Shown here in pieces: positions 47,365 to 57,549 of a stretch of DNA of 64,000 bases; position 1 is the stretch's first letter; each line of letters opens with the position of its first letter. The notes beneath the pieces are model-generated. The model worked only from the letters and a program-made list of their open reading frames with translations. It made no database searches and was not told the DNA's origin. A program made the translations under genes and the position numbers. Source of the stretch: Oculatellaceae cyanobacterium bins.114 (GTDB lineage: Bacteria; Cyanobacteriota; Cyanobacteriia; Elainellales; Elainellaceae). The stretch lies in contig JANRJA010000212.1 of NCBI GenBank assembly GCA_033764315.1, forward strand, positions 14,829-78,828, given 5' to 3'.

Positions 47365-48717
47365 GTGACCTCAACTGCTCATCAACATGCCGTTGGTATT
47401 TTCCCCGATCGCCCAAGCACAGCCTCTGCGCTACAAACTTTACAAGATGCTGGCTTTCCTCGGCGGCGGATGACGGTGGTTGCCAGAGATGCTCAACAGC
47501 AAAGTGCGATCGCCGGAGTACCAGTGCAAAGCCACATCAGTAACCGGGCAGGTCAAGGGGCAGCCGCAGGAGCTTTAACCTTTGGAGTGCTCGGTGGGGC
47601 AGCAGGCTTAGCCACCGGATTAGGGTTAATTACCATTCCAGCATTGGCTCCTCTTTTAGGACTGACACAGGGTCTATTTGTCAGTGAGGCCGCGGGTGCT
47701 GTAACAGCTTTAGCAGGGGCGGCTGTTGGGGCAACGGCGGGTGGTCTGCTGGGAGGATTGATTGGCTTAGGGATTCCTGAGAATCGTGCCCGACAATATC
47801 GCGATCGCGTCGAGCGAGGAGATTATCTGATTCTCCTGAATGGCACTCGAACTGAAATTCAACGAGCAGATGCCATGCTTCAACAGCAAGGAATACAAGA
47901 TTTAGGCATCTATGATGTGCCTCAGACTATAGAGCGTCCTTTAGAAGCACCCATTCCAGTTAAGTCAATCGACTCGGTAAGTGATGCTCAACCCACCAGC
48001 ACAGCTACGTTACTCCAACTAGATCCACCTGTCGTTAATCCAGTCGTTAATTCAGTTGCCAATCCAATGGCTCCTCCAGTGGCTGATGTGCCTCCTGCAC
48101 CGCCATTGCGATCGCCCCACAGAGAGAACAGTTTTGCAACACCTAACCCCATTCCCCCTGGTCGCCCATTGCGCGATCCTCCGGTGCGGTCGGCTTACCC
48201 AGAAAAACGATTAATCGGGACATTTGCCACCGCTCAATTGATGGAGCAAGCCTTAAATGCGTTAAAAAATGCTCGCTTCCCTATGTATAAGATTTCAGTA
48301 GTGGCGCGAGACACTGACACGATCCTTCAGTTAGATGAGCACCCAATGGCAACCCCTGCGGTAGAAACGACTCCGGCATCGGGCACTGGGCTGAACGGAA
48401 TTACGGGTCTAATGGTCGGTTTACAGCGATTAAACATTCCAGGACAGGGACAGTTTTTAGTCATTGGAGGTGATGCTCAGGCGTTGACTCACTCTCAAAC
48501 CTCCCACAAGCCCAACGACTTAGTGCAAGCCCTGATTGGGTTAGGAATTTCAGAAACAGATGCTCGACTGTTTGGCGATCGCCTCAGTCATGGAGCAAGT
48601 CTGGTCATGATTCGAGGGGTTGGTGGTGAGACATTACATGCCACCTCAATCTTGAGCCAACATGGGCTACAAGACTGGTGCATTTATGATGTCCGCGATT
48701 TAGCCTCCACGCGTTAA
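47365..48717 (+). CDS. General stress protein-like (two YflT/17M-like domains, glycine zipper)
   Basis: AVGIF...A...L...GF....TVVARD domain repeated after a Pro-rich linker; GA.AG glycine-zipper; LGIPE..A..Y...VERG.YL; GTG after GGAGG. Confidence 0.8.
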   Translation: MTSTAHQHAVGIFPDRPSTASALQTLQDAGFPRRRMTVVARDAQQQSAIAGVPVQSHISNRAGQGAAAGALTFGVLGGAAGLATGLGLITIPALAPLLGLTQGLFVSEAAGAVTALAGAAVGATAGGLLGGLIGLGIPENRARQYRDRVERGDYLILLNGTRTEIQRADAMLQQQGIQDLGIYDVPQTIERPLEAPIPVKSIDSVSDAQPTSTATLLQLDPPVVNPVVNSVANPMAPPVADVPPAPPLRSPHRENSFATPNPIPPGRPLRDPPVRSAYPEKRLIGTFATAQLMEQALNALKNARFPMYKISVVARDTDTILQLDEHPMATPAVETTPASGTGLNGITGLMVGLQRLNIPGQGQFLVIGGDAQALTHSQTSHKPNDLVQALIGLGISETDARLFGDRLSHGASLVMIRGVGGETLHATSILSQHGLQDWCIYDVRDLASTR

Positions 48718-48773
48718 TCTGTTTTTTGGATTGATGGGTAAACGTCTACGGAGGAAGCCCCTGCTTTGCCTGC

Positions 48774-49082
48774 CTAACTCACGCGCACATTTGCCCAATA
48801 GACTTGAAACAGAGTCATAATGGCGATCGCACCAATTAACTGCACGAACAAAGGGGCGATCGCAAACCCGATAAAAAAGCAGGCTGTGCCAATAATTAGC
48901 GTCATCAAGCTAAATACCTCTTCTAACCAAAAACCTCTAGAGCGTTGCAAAAACAGGCTAAGACCAGCAATACCAATCACTAACAAAATTAAATAAAGCG
49001 GGATCAAGAGCGAGGTCGCATATAGAACTGCATATACAGGAACCGCAAGAATCAGTGTTGCTAAGAACGCATAGAGAGGCAT
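48774..49082 (-). CDS. Small multi-pass membrane hypothetical protein
   Basis: Almost entirely hydrophobic ORF; ATG preceded by GGAG. Confidence 0.65.
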   Translation of the reverse strand: MPLYAFLATLILAVPVYAVLYATSLLIPLYLILLVIGIAGLSLFLQRSRGFWLEEVFSLMTLIIGTACFFIGFAIAPLFVQLIGAIAIMTLFQVYWANVRVS

Positions 49083-49467
49083 GACGGTTCTCCGAAGGTT
49101 AATTGAGAGAAAATTAAGTGACAAGATAATTATTCAAAATAGACTGCCTTTTAGAAGTGATAGTAAGGGGGGATCGGGCGTGATCTCAACTGACCCGTTG
49201 AGTGACACGCCTGCCTAAAACTTGTGATCGCCATCACATCAGCATGACACAGCCAAGAAATCGGGCGTTGCGGGTCAAACGTATGGCTTTCGTCAGGGCG
49301 TTTAACAAAACACCCCTGCTGTCGTGATCTGTCTTCTGAGTGCATCAAACCCTCAACCGAATGCTACACCCTAACTCAAAGTCTTGCAGTTATGCCAAAT
49401 CTAAATAAACGGTAAGCCAATTGATGTTGACAAAGGGGCTTAGCAGACTAAACCCCTTTGCGAGTTA

Positions 49468-49591
49468 TACCAATTGAAACAGTCTTTACGACAGATCATC
49501 GTCCCAACCTGATCCCCCTCAGTCCCCCTTATCAAGGGGGATGCCGGAGGCAGGGGGATCTGATGTGTCGCATTCATAACTCAAATTGGTA
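49468..49591. mobile_element. Miniature element with TACCAATT...AATTGGTA ends and CCCCCTT..AAGGGGG core
   Basis: Perfect 8-bp terminal inverted repeat, internal ACAGAT/ACACAT motif at both ends, nested GATCCCCCT...AGGGGGATC stem. Confidence 0.8.
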
Positions 49592-49629
49592 TGAGATTGG
49601 CATTTCCTTATTTAACAAAAACCGCCATC

Positions 49630-50028
49630 CTAAATCAGGCCCACACCTTTGCTACGAGAGTCATGATCCATCGTTAGATTGCCTTCCTCATCGGTGTTGT
49701 TGGCGGCATGCCGCTCTTCGATTTGTGCAGCTTTCTCAGCTTCTTCCTTCTCCCGCAAATCACCAGGCTCGTTGATATACATCTCAGGCTCGATTGGGAA
49801 ATTGTCAATCAATCCCTCTTTATCAACGGTGTAACCACCCGTTGTGTCGATGTCTTCAGGGCCACCTCCCTGACCTAACTCTCCGGGTGTTCTCTTATAG
49901 GCGTCTTTTTCCCGTTCTTTACGAGCGGCAGTTTCAGCAGGCACAATTCCGCGATCGTAGGTGTCAACGGCGGCTGAATGATCTTGAGCGTCATCCGCAT
50001 TTGAATTAAATTGAGTTTCGCTATTCAT
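49630..50028 (-). CDS. Acidic, hydrophilic hypothetical protein
   Basis: Clean ORF with ATG and AAGGG SD; GYTVDKEGLIDNFPIEPEMY core; very charged composition. Confidence 0.75.
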   Translation of the reverse strand: MNSETQFNSNADDAQDHSAAVDTYDRGIVPAETAARKEREKDAYKRTPGELGQGGGPEDIDTTGGYTVDKEGLIDNFPIEPEMYINEPGDLREKEEAEKAAQIEERHAANNTDEEGNLTMDHDSRSKGVGLI

Positions 50029-50282
50029 CAGTTTGTACCCCTTAAAAAGAAATTTGATTTCCTCAGCTTAAAGAAATTGTTTCGTTAGAATGCACTATCT
50101 CAAGTCATAGATTCACAACTTGCGTTAAACAGAAGCAATCCTAATTTGGTCATGAACCATCGGCATAAGAAGCTTTTACCAGCTTTATCAATTCATCCAA
50201 AATATGTCTCTGGATAGGTCTGTCTAATGTAAAGCAATATTACTCTAATGGGCGTATATCTAGTTTTTAAGGCTAATTAAAC

Positions 50283-52115
50283 GTGAAGGTTGGCTCTCGT
50301 TATTTAGATAAAAATCGTTGTGAATTTACAGTTTGGGCACCGTTTTTAACGGAAGTAGCCGTTAAGTTAATTTCTCCCGCCGAACGATTGCTGCCAATGC
50401 AACCTACTGAGCTGGGGTATTGGCATGTTATTGCCGATGATATTCAACCCGGAACTCAGTATTTCTATCAATTAAATGGCAAGGATGATCGCCCCGACCC
50501 CGCTTCAAACTTTCAACCTCAAGATGTACATGGTCCATCTGAAGTGATTGATCATCACGCCTTTGATTGGACTGATCAAAATTGGTCTGGCATCCCGTTA
50601 GACGAGCTAATTATTTATGAATTGCATGTTGGAACATTTACCCCTGATGCATCATTTGAAGCCATCATTCCCCGTCTAAAAGAATTATATGAATTAGGTG
50701 TAAATGCGATCGAAATTATGCCGATCGCCCAATTTCCAGGAGCCAGAAACTGGGGTTATGACGGGGTCTACCCCTATGCAGTGCAACAGTCATATGGGGG
50801 TGTCGAAGGACTCAAAAAACTAGTAGACGCAGCTCACCACCAGGGAATATCTGTCATTTTAGATGCAGTCTATAATCACTTTGGCCCTGAAGGAAATTAC
50901 ATTGGAAATTACGCTCCTTTTTTCACCGAACGGCATCGATCGCCCTGGGGCAGTGCAATTAATTTTGATGGTGCTTATAGCTACGGGATACGCAATTTTT
51001 TTATTCAAAATGCATTGTATTGGTTTGAGCACTATCACATTGATGGGTTGAGATTAGATGCGACTGACACGATTTATGATCTGGGTGCAAAACACTTTTT
51101 GCAAGAGTTAGTTGATGCTGTTAATGATTTCTCGAAGCAACAGGGACGCCAATTTTATCTGATGGCTGAGTCAGATTTAAACGATGCTCGTGTTGTGCGA
51201 GAAAGTAGCATTGGTGGCTATGGAATGCATGCTCAGTGGAATGATAGTTTTCACCATTGTGTCCATACTTTATTGACAGGTGAACAAGTCGGCTATTACA
51301 TCGATTATGGTCGTTGTGAACAGCTTGCAAAAGCGTATAAGAAAACATTTGTTTATTCCTGGGATTACTCTGTCTATCGCAATCGATGGCATGGCAGTGA
51401 TGTCAGCGATCGCCCCGGTTATCAATTTGTAGTTTGTGTGCAAAACCATGACCAGGTTGGCAATCGATTGCTCGGTGAAAGACTGACTCATCTCGTTTCA
51501 TTTGAGGCTTTAAAGTTAGCCGCAGGAACATTATTTCTCTCCCCTAATGTACCGCTTCTATTTATGGGTGAAGAGTATGGTGAAGAAGCTCCCTTTTTAT
51601 ATTTCGTTAGTCATTCTGATCCAGAGTTAATTGCAGCAGTTAGAGCAGGTCGCAAAGAAGAGTTTGCCGCCTTTCACATTGAGGGCGAATACTCTGATCC
51701 AGAGAGTTTAGAGACCTTTAAGCGATCGCAACTCAATTGGGACAAGCGCAACGAAGGCAAACACAAAGTGTTGCTAGAGTTCTATCAACACTTGATTCAA
51801 CTGCGGCGCACTATTCCAGCTTTAAAGAAACTCGACAAGCAAAACCTGGAAGCCTCGGCACTAGAAGAGCAAAAACTCATGTTTTTGCACCGCTGGAATC
51901 AGGAAAGCCAGATTTTTGGGGTGCTGAATTTCAATACTGCGGCGATCGCACTGAAACCCTCTACTCCTCCTGGCAACTGGCGAAAAGTTCTAGATTCTTC
52001 AGAACCCAAATGGATGGGGCAGGGAACCTCTATGCCAGAGCAGTTGGCGGAACACGATGAGGTGACGATTCAACCTCACAGTTTTGTGTTGTATAGCCGT
52101 AGTCATTCAGGTTAG
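50283..52115 (+). CDS. treZ: Malto-oligosyltrehalose trehalohydrolase (GH13)
   Basis: FTVWAP, IYELHVGTFT, RNWGYDGV, VYNHFGPEGNY, GLRLDA, QNHDQVGNR, LFMGEEYGE..PF.YF. Confidence 0.95.
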   Translation: MKVGSRYLDKNRCEFTVWAPFLTEVAVKLISPAERLLPMQPTELGYWHVIADDIQPGTQYFYQLNGKDDRPDPASNFQPQDVHGPSEVIDHHAFDWTDQNWSGIPLDELIIYELHVGTFTPDASFEAIIPRLKELYELGVNAIEIMPIAQFPGARNWGYDGVYPYAVQQSYGGVEGLKKLVDAAHHQGISVILDAVYNHFGPEGNYIGNYAPFFTERHRSPWGSAINFDGAYSYGIRNFFIQNALYWFEHYHIDGLRLDATDTIYDLGAKHFLQELVDAVNDFSKQQGRQFYLMAESDLNDARVVRESSIGGYGMHAQWNDSFHHCVHTLLTGEQVGYYIDYGRCEQLAKAYKKTFVYSWDYSVYRNRWHGSDVSDRPGYQFVVCVQNHDQVGNRLLGERLTHLVSFEALKLAAGTLFLSPNVPLLFMGEEYGEEAPFLYFVSHSDPELIAAVRAGRKEEFAAFHIEGEYSDPESLETFKRSQLNWDKRNEGKHKVLLEFYQHLIQLRRTIPALKKLDKQNLEASALEEQKLMFLHRWNQESQIFGVLNFNTAAIALKPSTPPGNWRKVLDSSEPKWMGQGTSMPEQLAEHDEVTIQPHSFVLYSRSHSG

Positions 52116-52196
52116 GACGGGGTGCAGGGGTGGAACCCCTGGCTGGGGGCACCGCCCCCACACCCCCCTATGTCCTAAGTTAGCTGGCTACAGCTA
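52094..52196. mobile_element. 103-bp miniature inverted-repeat element flanked by TA, overlapping two gene ends
   Basis: TIR TAGCCGTAGTCA vs TAGCTGTAGCCA, inner TTAGGAC/GTCCTAA, branched hairpin core. Confidence 0.88.
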
Positions 52197-54537
52197 TATC
52201 AGCAGTGAGATAGATCTGCCACATTTGCTCATAGGCCGCTTCGATATGGCGGGTAAACCGTTTGCCATTCCACAAGGTCGAGGTTTGACGTGACTGCCAC
52301 AGCTTTAATGACACCTGTTGGCGCAAGTCAGCATCACATCCTAGCCGCACGCCCCACTCTACATATTCTTCATCTGTCCAGGCAATGCCTTCGCTTAGTC
52401 CAGCATTCACCATCATGGTATAGCTGTTGCGGGCAGGAAACTGTTCCCCCACTCGCGTTACCAGCGGAATCCCCATCCACAGAGTTTCCAGGGTTGTGGT
52501 TGCGCCGTTATAGGGGTAGGTATCCAGCACCACATCAGCGATCGCCACATTGGCTCTGTGGGTTTCTTCGTTGAGGTCACGTGGCAAAAATCGGAGGCGA
52601 TCGCAACTGACTCCAGCTTCTGTCGCTGCCTGCTCAAATAATCGTTGAATCGATTGCTCATCCCCTAACCCTTTAATTAACAGGTAGCTGTTGGGAACCT
52701 GGCTCATAATTTGAAGTTGCAATCGCACCATATCAGGATGGCGTTTGTAAGCAAACTGACCGCTGAGATAGACAACTGCATCAGCGGGAATGCCTAAATC
52801 ATCGCGTCGCAGCGTTGGCACACCAACCTCAAACCCGTCTACCCCGATGTAAGTATCAGGCAATCGCCAGATCTTTTCGCTGTAATAATTTTGAGCATTA
52901 TCCGGCAACACATAGGGGTCTGCCAAAAAGTAATCGATGCTGGGTAGCCCGCTCGCGTCTAACCCCAACCAAGTGACCTGGATAGGAGCAGGCTTCAACG
53001 CCATGACCCCACAGGTGCAGTAGGAGGTGATGCTATCTAAATCGACTAAAATATCGATTTCGTCTTCACGAATAGCTTTGGCAACTCCTAAATTATCGCC
53101 ATCAAAACTGCAAGACCGCGTGGCTTTGCTGACAAACCACTGTTTTGAAAAGTCATCTAAATCGGTGAGTTGGATGAAATAGGCGTAGACCTCAAAGCGA
53201 TCGCGATCGTAGTGCTCAAACAACCAGCGACACAGCCAACCAATCGAGTGGCGATAAAAGAAGCGAGACAAATAGCCAATCCGCAATTTTTTATGCTCTG
53301 GCGATCGCACTAAAGGAGCCTTGGGATAGGGTTGATAATCCTCAACATGCTTTTCTAAATAGCCCTGGAGTCCCTTGTGATAGAGTTCGGCGACCTGATT
53401 TTGCAAAGGGCGATTGACCTGAGGATTGTCTTCAAAATAGGGATAAAAGAAGAGGGGGGTACACATCACCGACACATCAAAAAAGCGATCGACATTGCCC
53501 TCATCGTCAGCAATCAAGGTCTGGAATAACTCAGTTTGGCGATGCAATACGGTTTCTGCTTCGTGCCAGTGTGTGCCCGTGTTCATCAAGCCACGCAGCA
53601 ACAGAGCATTCCCTACAATTTTTTCGATGATTGTGTTGCACTTGTCGTAATAGCGTCGAGCTAACTCAATACCCTCGGCATAGCGGCGATCGTCCTGACA
53701 AATGCAACAGAGTTGGTTGACCACATCAGCGCGATCGCCATCCAGTCGCATACACAACTCGGCATAGCGGTAGGCCAGTCCTTTATTGCGCTTGACCTCG
53801 TGTAGTTTAGATGCCACAGGCAAAAGCATATCAACGACAGCCGTTGGGTCTTGTATGTAGGGTAAACAGGCTTCGGTGAGATCGGCTAACTGAGGCGCAA
53901 GCGGCACCTGGTGCAACAACTCTTGCAGCACTTGAAACAACAACTTAGGGTCGATCGCTGGGGGTGGATCGGCTTGCAATTGCTCACTTAACCCCAGATC
54001 AGTTAAGTCTTCAACCTGAAATCGGTTTAGTTTAAGCGATCGCTGTACCAGTTTCAGCGCATTTGTCAGATCGTGTGGAGCAATTTCGTGAATATGTCGT
54101 CGAATCAACCAGGCAATTTGTTCTTGTTGAGTGTCTTGCTCCCGCTCCTCGGCTGGGGGTTTGCCTGTCGATACACCCTCAAGCGATTCAGGAACAGACG
54201 GTTCCCGTTGTTCTGCTTCAGTGTGTAGCACTTGTAATAGTTCGTCTGTCCAACGGTCGGCTTGGTCTGGCTCTGCCTCTGCGATCGCCATCAACCAGAT
54301 CATCTGCGCTTCTTCCTCTTGTCCTTGCAACAGACGCGCCAAGCCTAGATACCAACCTGCCGTTCTATTCTCTGGATCTGCCTCAATCAGTTGCTCATAA
54401 AGCGTTGCAGCCTGCTGATAGTCTCCACCCTTCAAGCATTGGGTGGCTTCCTGATACAACGGCAGAGAGGTCAGTGATGAAGCATGTAAATTGACCATAG
54501 ATTCAATCATTGGGAAAGCAGGGGCTGATGCTTTCAT
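52180..54537 (-). CDS. O-linked GlcNAc transferase, SPINDLY family (GT41) with TPRs
   Basis: N-terminal TPRs; LRIGYLS..F..HSIG, IDILVDLD, PAPIQVTWLG, DTYPYNGATTTLETLWMGIPLVT. Confidence 0.92.
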   Translation of the reverse strand: MKASAPAFPMIESMVNLHASSLTSLPLYQEATQCLKGGDYQQAATLYEQLIEADPENRTAGWYLGLARLLQGQEEEAQMIWLMAIAEAEPDQADRWTDELLQVLHTEAEQREPSVPESLEGVSTGKPPAEEREQDTQQEQIAWLIRRHIHEIAPHDLTNALKLVQRSLKLNRFQVEDLTDLGLSEQLQADPPPAIDPKLLFQVLQELLHQVPLAPQLADLTEACLPYIQDPTAVVDMLLPVASKLHEVKRNKGLAYRYAELCMRLDGDRADVVNQLCCICQDDRRYAEGIELARRYYDKCNTIIEKIVGNALLLRGLMNTGTHWHEAETVLHRQTELFQTLIADDEGNVDRFFDVSVMCTPLFFYPYFEDNPQVNRPLQNQVAELYHKGLQGYLEKHVEDYQPYPKAPLVRSPEHKKLRIGYLSRFFYRHSIGWLCRWLFEHYDRDRFEVYAYFIQLTDLDDFSKQWFVSKATRSCSFDGDNLGVAKAIREDEIDILVDLDSITSYCTCGVMALKPAPIQVTWLGLDASGLPSIDYFLADPYVLPDNAQNYYSEKIWRLPDTYIGVDGFEVGVPTLRRDDLGIPADAVVYLSGQFAYKRHPDMVRLQLQIMSQVPNSYLLIKGLGDEQSIQRLFEQAATEAGVSCDRLRFLPRDLNEETHRANVAIADVVLDTYPYNGATTTLETLWMGIPLVTRVGEQFPARNSYTMMVNAGLSEGIAWTDEEYVEWGVRLGCDADLRQQVSLKLWQSRQTSTLWNGKRFTRHIEAAYEQMWQIYLTADIAVAS

Positions 54538-54699
54538 TATTCCCCTTTGATTTTTGGAAACGATCCTTAACCCCTATTCCATTCAATGGGTAGGATACGT
54601 TACAAAACCCTTACACCTGAGAGTCGTGCAAAGATTGTGTGATAGCCTTCTAGTCACAATCACAAGCTTTACTTACGCCGTGTGACAGGAGGAACCTCC

Positions 54700-55182
54700 A
54701 TGATTCAGACACCCCCACCCCCCTCAATTTCACCGCGCCAGATGAATTTGTTACGCATTGTCGCCTCAATGGCTTGGGCAGACAGTGAGCTGGCGGCCGA
54801 AGAAGTCGATGTCATGCTCGATCGCTTTAGTGGCATCTTTGCCGCAGATGCACCTCAGCAACAACAGATCCGTCAGGAACTGCAAGACTATTTGATGCAA
54901 AACATTCCCCTTGAGGAATTGACCCCCAAGCTACAAACCGATGCCGAACGAGAACTCGTACTCAAGTTAGGCTATGAGGTGATCCAATCTAGCTCACGCT
55001 CACCCGATGAAGACCCCATCAACGCCGATGAAGCCGTTGCTTATAACAAGCTAGTTGGGCTGTTGGGGTTGTCTGAAGAAACCGTCAAACGCATTGAGGC
55101 AGAGGCGATCGCCGACCTTAATCAGGACGTGGGAATCATTGACAAACTCACGCATACCCTGGAAAAGTTTGCTCAGGAATAG
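54700..55182 (+). CDS. TerB family protein
   Basis: LRIVASMAWAD.EL..EE motif; GGAGG SD before ATG 54700. Confidence 0.82.
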   Translation: MIQTPPPPSISPRQMNLLRIVASMAWADSELAAEEVDVMLDRFSGIFAADAPQQQQIRQELQDYLMQNIPLEELTPKLQTDAERELVLKLGYEVIQSSSRSPDEDPINADEAVAYNKLVGLLGLSEETVKRIEAEAIADLNQDVGIIDKLTHTLEKFAQE

Positions 55183-55253
55183 TGAGAGGTCAGGCGATCG
55201 CTGTCTCGGGACTGACGTTTTATCCTTCATCCTTCATCTTTCTTTTTTTCCTC

Positions 55254-56267
55254 TTACCCCTTAATTCCCTGACTCATCTCCAACATGCGTTGCATGGGGC
55301 GCAGGGCTGCCAGCCGAGTTGACTCTGGCAGTGTGATTTCAGGTGTGCGGTTTTTCATCGCCAGATAAAGCTTCTCAAGAGTGTTGAGTCGCATGTGGGG
55401 GCATTCATTGCAAGCGCAGTGATTGAGCGGGGGGGCCGGAATGAACTGCTTATCCGGTGCTTTTTTCTGCATTTGGTGAATAATGCCGGGTTCAGTCGCC
55501 ACAATAAACTGTGAAACTGGGCTGTGCTGGCAATACTTTAATAATGCGGTGGTTGAGCCAATGTAATCAGCCTGTCTTAAAACCGCAGATTCACACTCTG
55601 GATGAGCCAGCACCTCGGCAGCGGGATGCTGAATCTTGAGCTGCACAATTTTCTTTTCAGAAAAAGTTTCGTGAACGATGCAGCTTCCTTCCCACAACAC
55701 CATATCGCGCCCAGTTTGCGCCATGACATATCGCCCCAAGTTGCGATCGGGTGCAAAGATAATGGGCTGATCAGATGGAATCTGCCGCACAATCTCAACT
55801 GCATTAGAACTGGTGCAGATGATATCGCTCAATGCTTTGATCTCGGCGGTGCAGTTGACATAAGACACCACCCAGTGGTTGGGATGGGCTGCCTTAAATT
55901 GGGCAAAGGCATCCGCAGGACAGCTATCGGCTAGCGAACATCCAGCATTTAAGTCAGGCAATAGAACGAGTTTGTCAGGGTTGAGGATCTTGGCGGTTTC
56001 TGCCATGAAGTGAACCCCCGCAAACACAATGACCTCTGCATCCGTCGCGGCGGCCTGACGCGACAACCCTAACGAATCACCAATATAGTCTGCGATGTCT
56101 TGAATATCTGGGTCTTGGTAGTAGTGCGCCAGAATGACAGCATTCATCTCGCGCTTTAAATCTTGAATCGCATCAAACAAGTCAAGAGGCAGATCAGCTA
56201 GCGTCGCTTGGGGAGACTGGGAAGCGATCGCACCTGGCGTTGAGTTAGAATGAACGGCAGTAAACAC
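55254..56267 (-). CDS. nadA: Quinolinate synthase A
   Basis: [44 protein letters not shown] start (VFTAV) inferred. Confidence 0.96.
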   Translation of the reverse strand: MFTAVHSNSTPGAIASQSPQATLADLPLDLFDAIQDLKREMNAVILAHYYQDPDIQDIADYIGDSLGLSRQAAATDAEVIVFAGVHFMAETAKILNPDKLVLLPDLNAGCSLADSCPADAFAQFKAAHPNHWVVSYVNCTAEIKALSDIICTSSNAVEIVRQIPSDQPIIFAPDRNLGRYVMAQTGRDMVLWEGSCIVHETFSEKKIVQLKIQHPAAEVLAHPECESAVLRQADYIGSTTALLKYCQHSPVSQFIVATEPGIIHQMQKKAPDKQFIPAPPLNHCACNECPHMRLNTLEKLYLAMKNRTPEITLPESTRLAALRPMQRMLEMSQGIKG

Positions 56268-56308
56268 GGCAGAATTTTGGTTAGAAGAATCAAAGTTATC
56301 TTCATGAA

Positions 56309-56329
56309 TTATAGTCTTTTCTACCAAAA
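56309..56329. promoter_or_regulatory. Probable NrtR operator overlapping the nadA -10 box
   Basis: 21-bp imperfect palindrome TTATAGT-CTTTTCT-ACCAAAA with GT-N7-AC core; overlaps TATAAT on the minus strand (56308-56313). Confidence 0.7.
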
Positions 56330-56479
56330 TTCGCCAATAAGGAATTGATGGTTTCCCTTAAAGTTTACTCATTCACCCGTTAAATTTCAGAAATACCCCT
56401 ATTTCAGGTTCTTTTTAACCCAATAACAGCAAGCAACCTTTATTTATTCTTGTAATGAATTGGTGTGAAGCACCAGAAT

Positions 56480-57370
56480 CTACGCCATAAACTCAGAGGC
56501 AACCAACATAGAGCCAATCCCGGCATCCGTAAAAATCTCCAACAGCAACGCATGGGGAATGCGGCCATCGAGAATGTGGGCTGCTCTCACCCCTTGAGCA
56601 AGCGATCGCACACAACAGTTGACCTTGGGGATCATGCCACCAGAAACTACCCCTGACTCAATTAAGCGTCGGGCTTCTTGAATGTCGAGTTTGGGGATTA
56701 GGGTTGAGAGGTCGTGATAGTCTTGCAAAATTCCAGAAGTATCAGTCAGCAAAATCAGCTTTTCTGCACCCAGTGCCGCAGCAATTTCGCCAGCAACGGT
56801 GTCTGCGTTGATGTTATAAGACTGACCATTATCATCAGCCGCAACACTCGACACCACTGGGATATAGCCACTCTTAACCAGAGAATCCACAATTTTGATA
56901 TCGACGCTATTGACTTCACCCACAAACCCAATTTCTTGCTGTCCCTGGGGACGTGCCTTGATTAGGTTGCCGTCTTTGCCACACAACCCAACCGCAGAAC
57001 CACCGACCTGGTTAATCATGGCCACGATTTCTTTGTTGACTCGTCCCACAAGCACCATTTCAACAACATCCATTGTGGCAGCATCAGTCACTCGCAAGCC
57101 GTTTTTAAACTGCGGTTCAATGCCCAGTTTATCGAGCCAAGAGTTGATTTCAGGTCCACCCCCATGCACCACAACAGGACGCAACCCAACGCAAGCGAGG
57201 AACACAATATCTCGCATCACCGTTTCTTTGAGGTGGCTCTCTTTCATTGCCGCACCACCATATTTCACAACTACAGTGCGTCCACTAAATTGCTGAATGT
57301 AGGGTAGAGCTTCGCTGAGCACTCGAACACGGGTCGCTTCAGCTTTTTGAATGTATTCGCTGTTGAGCAT
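56480..57370 (-). CDS. argB: Acetylglutamate kinase
   Basis: [35 protein letters not shown]. Confidence 0.97.
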   Translation of the reverse strand: MLNSEYIQKAEATRVRVLSEALPYIQQFSGRTVVVKYGGAAMKESHLKETVMRDIVFLACVGLRPVVVHGGGPEINSWLDKLGIEPQFKNGLRVTDAATMDVVEMVLVGRVNKEIVAMINQVGGSAVGLCGKDGNLIKARPQGQQEIGFVGEVNSVDIKIVDSLVKSGYIPVVSSVAADDNGQSYNINADTVAGEIAAALGAEKLILLTDTSGILQDYHDLSTLIPKLDIQEARRLIESGVVSGGMIPKVNCCVRSLAQGVRAAHILDGRIPHALLLEIFTDAGIGSMLVASEFMA

Positions 57371-57483
57371 TAGAGGTTAGGTAGGGGATAGATGGATGTG
57401 AAACGTAGCGATTCTAGTTGATCTTGTATCAAATGTTAATTGCAATTTGTACAGGATTACTGAACAAGTGATCACTAAATAAC

Positions 57484-57549
57484 TCACAGGCTAATCATGA
57501 TTCACAGGCCAATCATGATTCACAGGCTAATCACGATTCACAGGCTAAT
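57484..57549. repeat. 18-bp tandem repeat, about 3.7 copies, overlapping the aroK stop
   Basis: TCACAGGCTAATCATGAT units, each containing an AATCATGATT palindrome across the junction. Confidence 0.88.

Noticed and set aside
54590..54603. GTA-N8-TAC, possible NtcA site between the SPINDLY-type and TerB genes
   Set aside because: No properly spaced TAN3T on either strand; the 6-nt pattern occurs often by chance.
57484..57549. CRISPR-like appearance of the 18-bp array (and the 14- and 15-bp arrays)
   Set aside because: Units are contiguous with no unique spacers, too short, and no cas genes are present.
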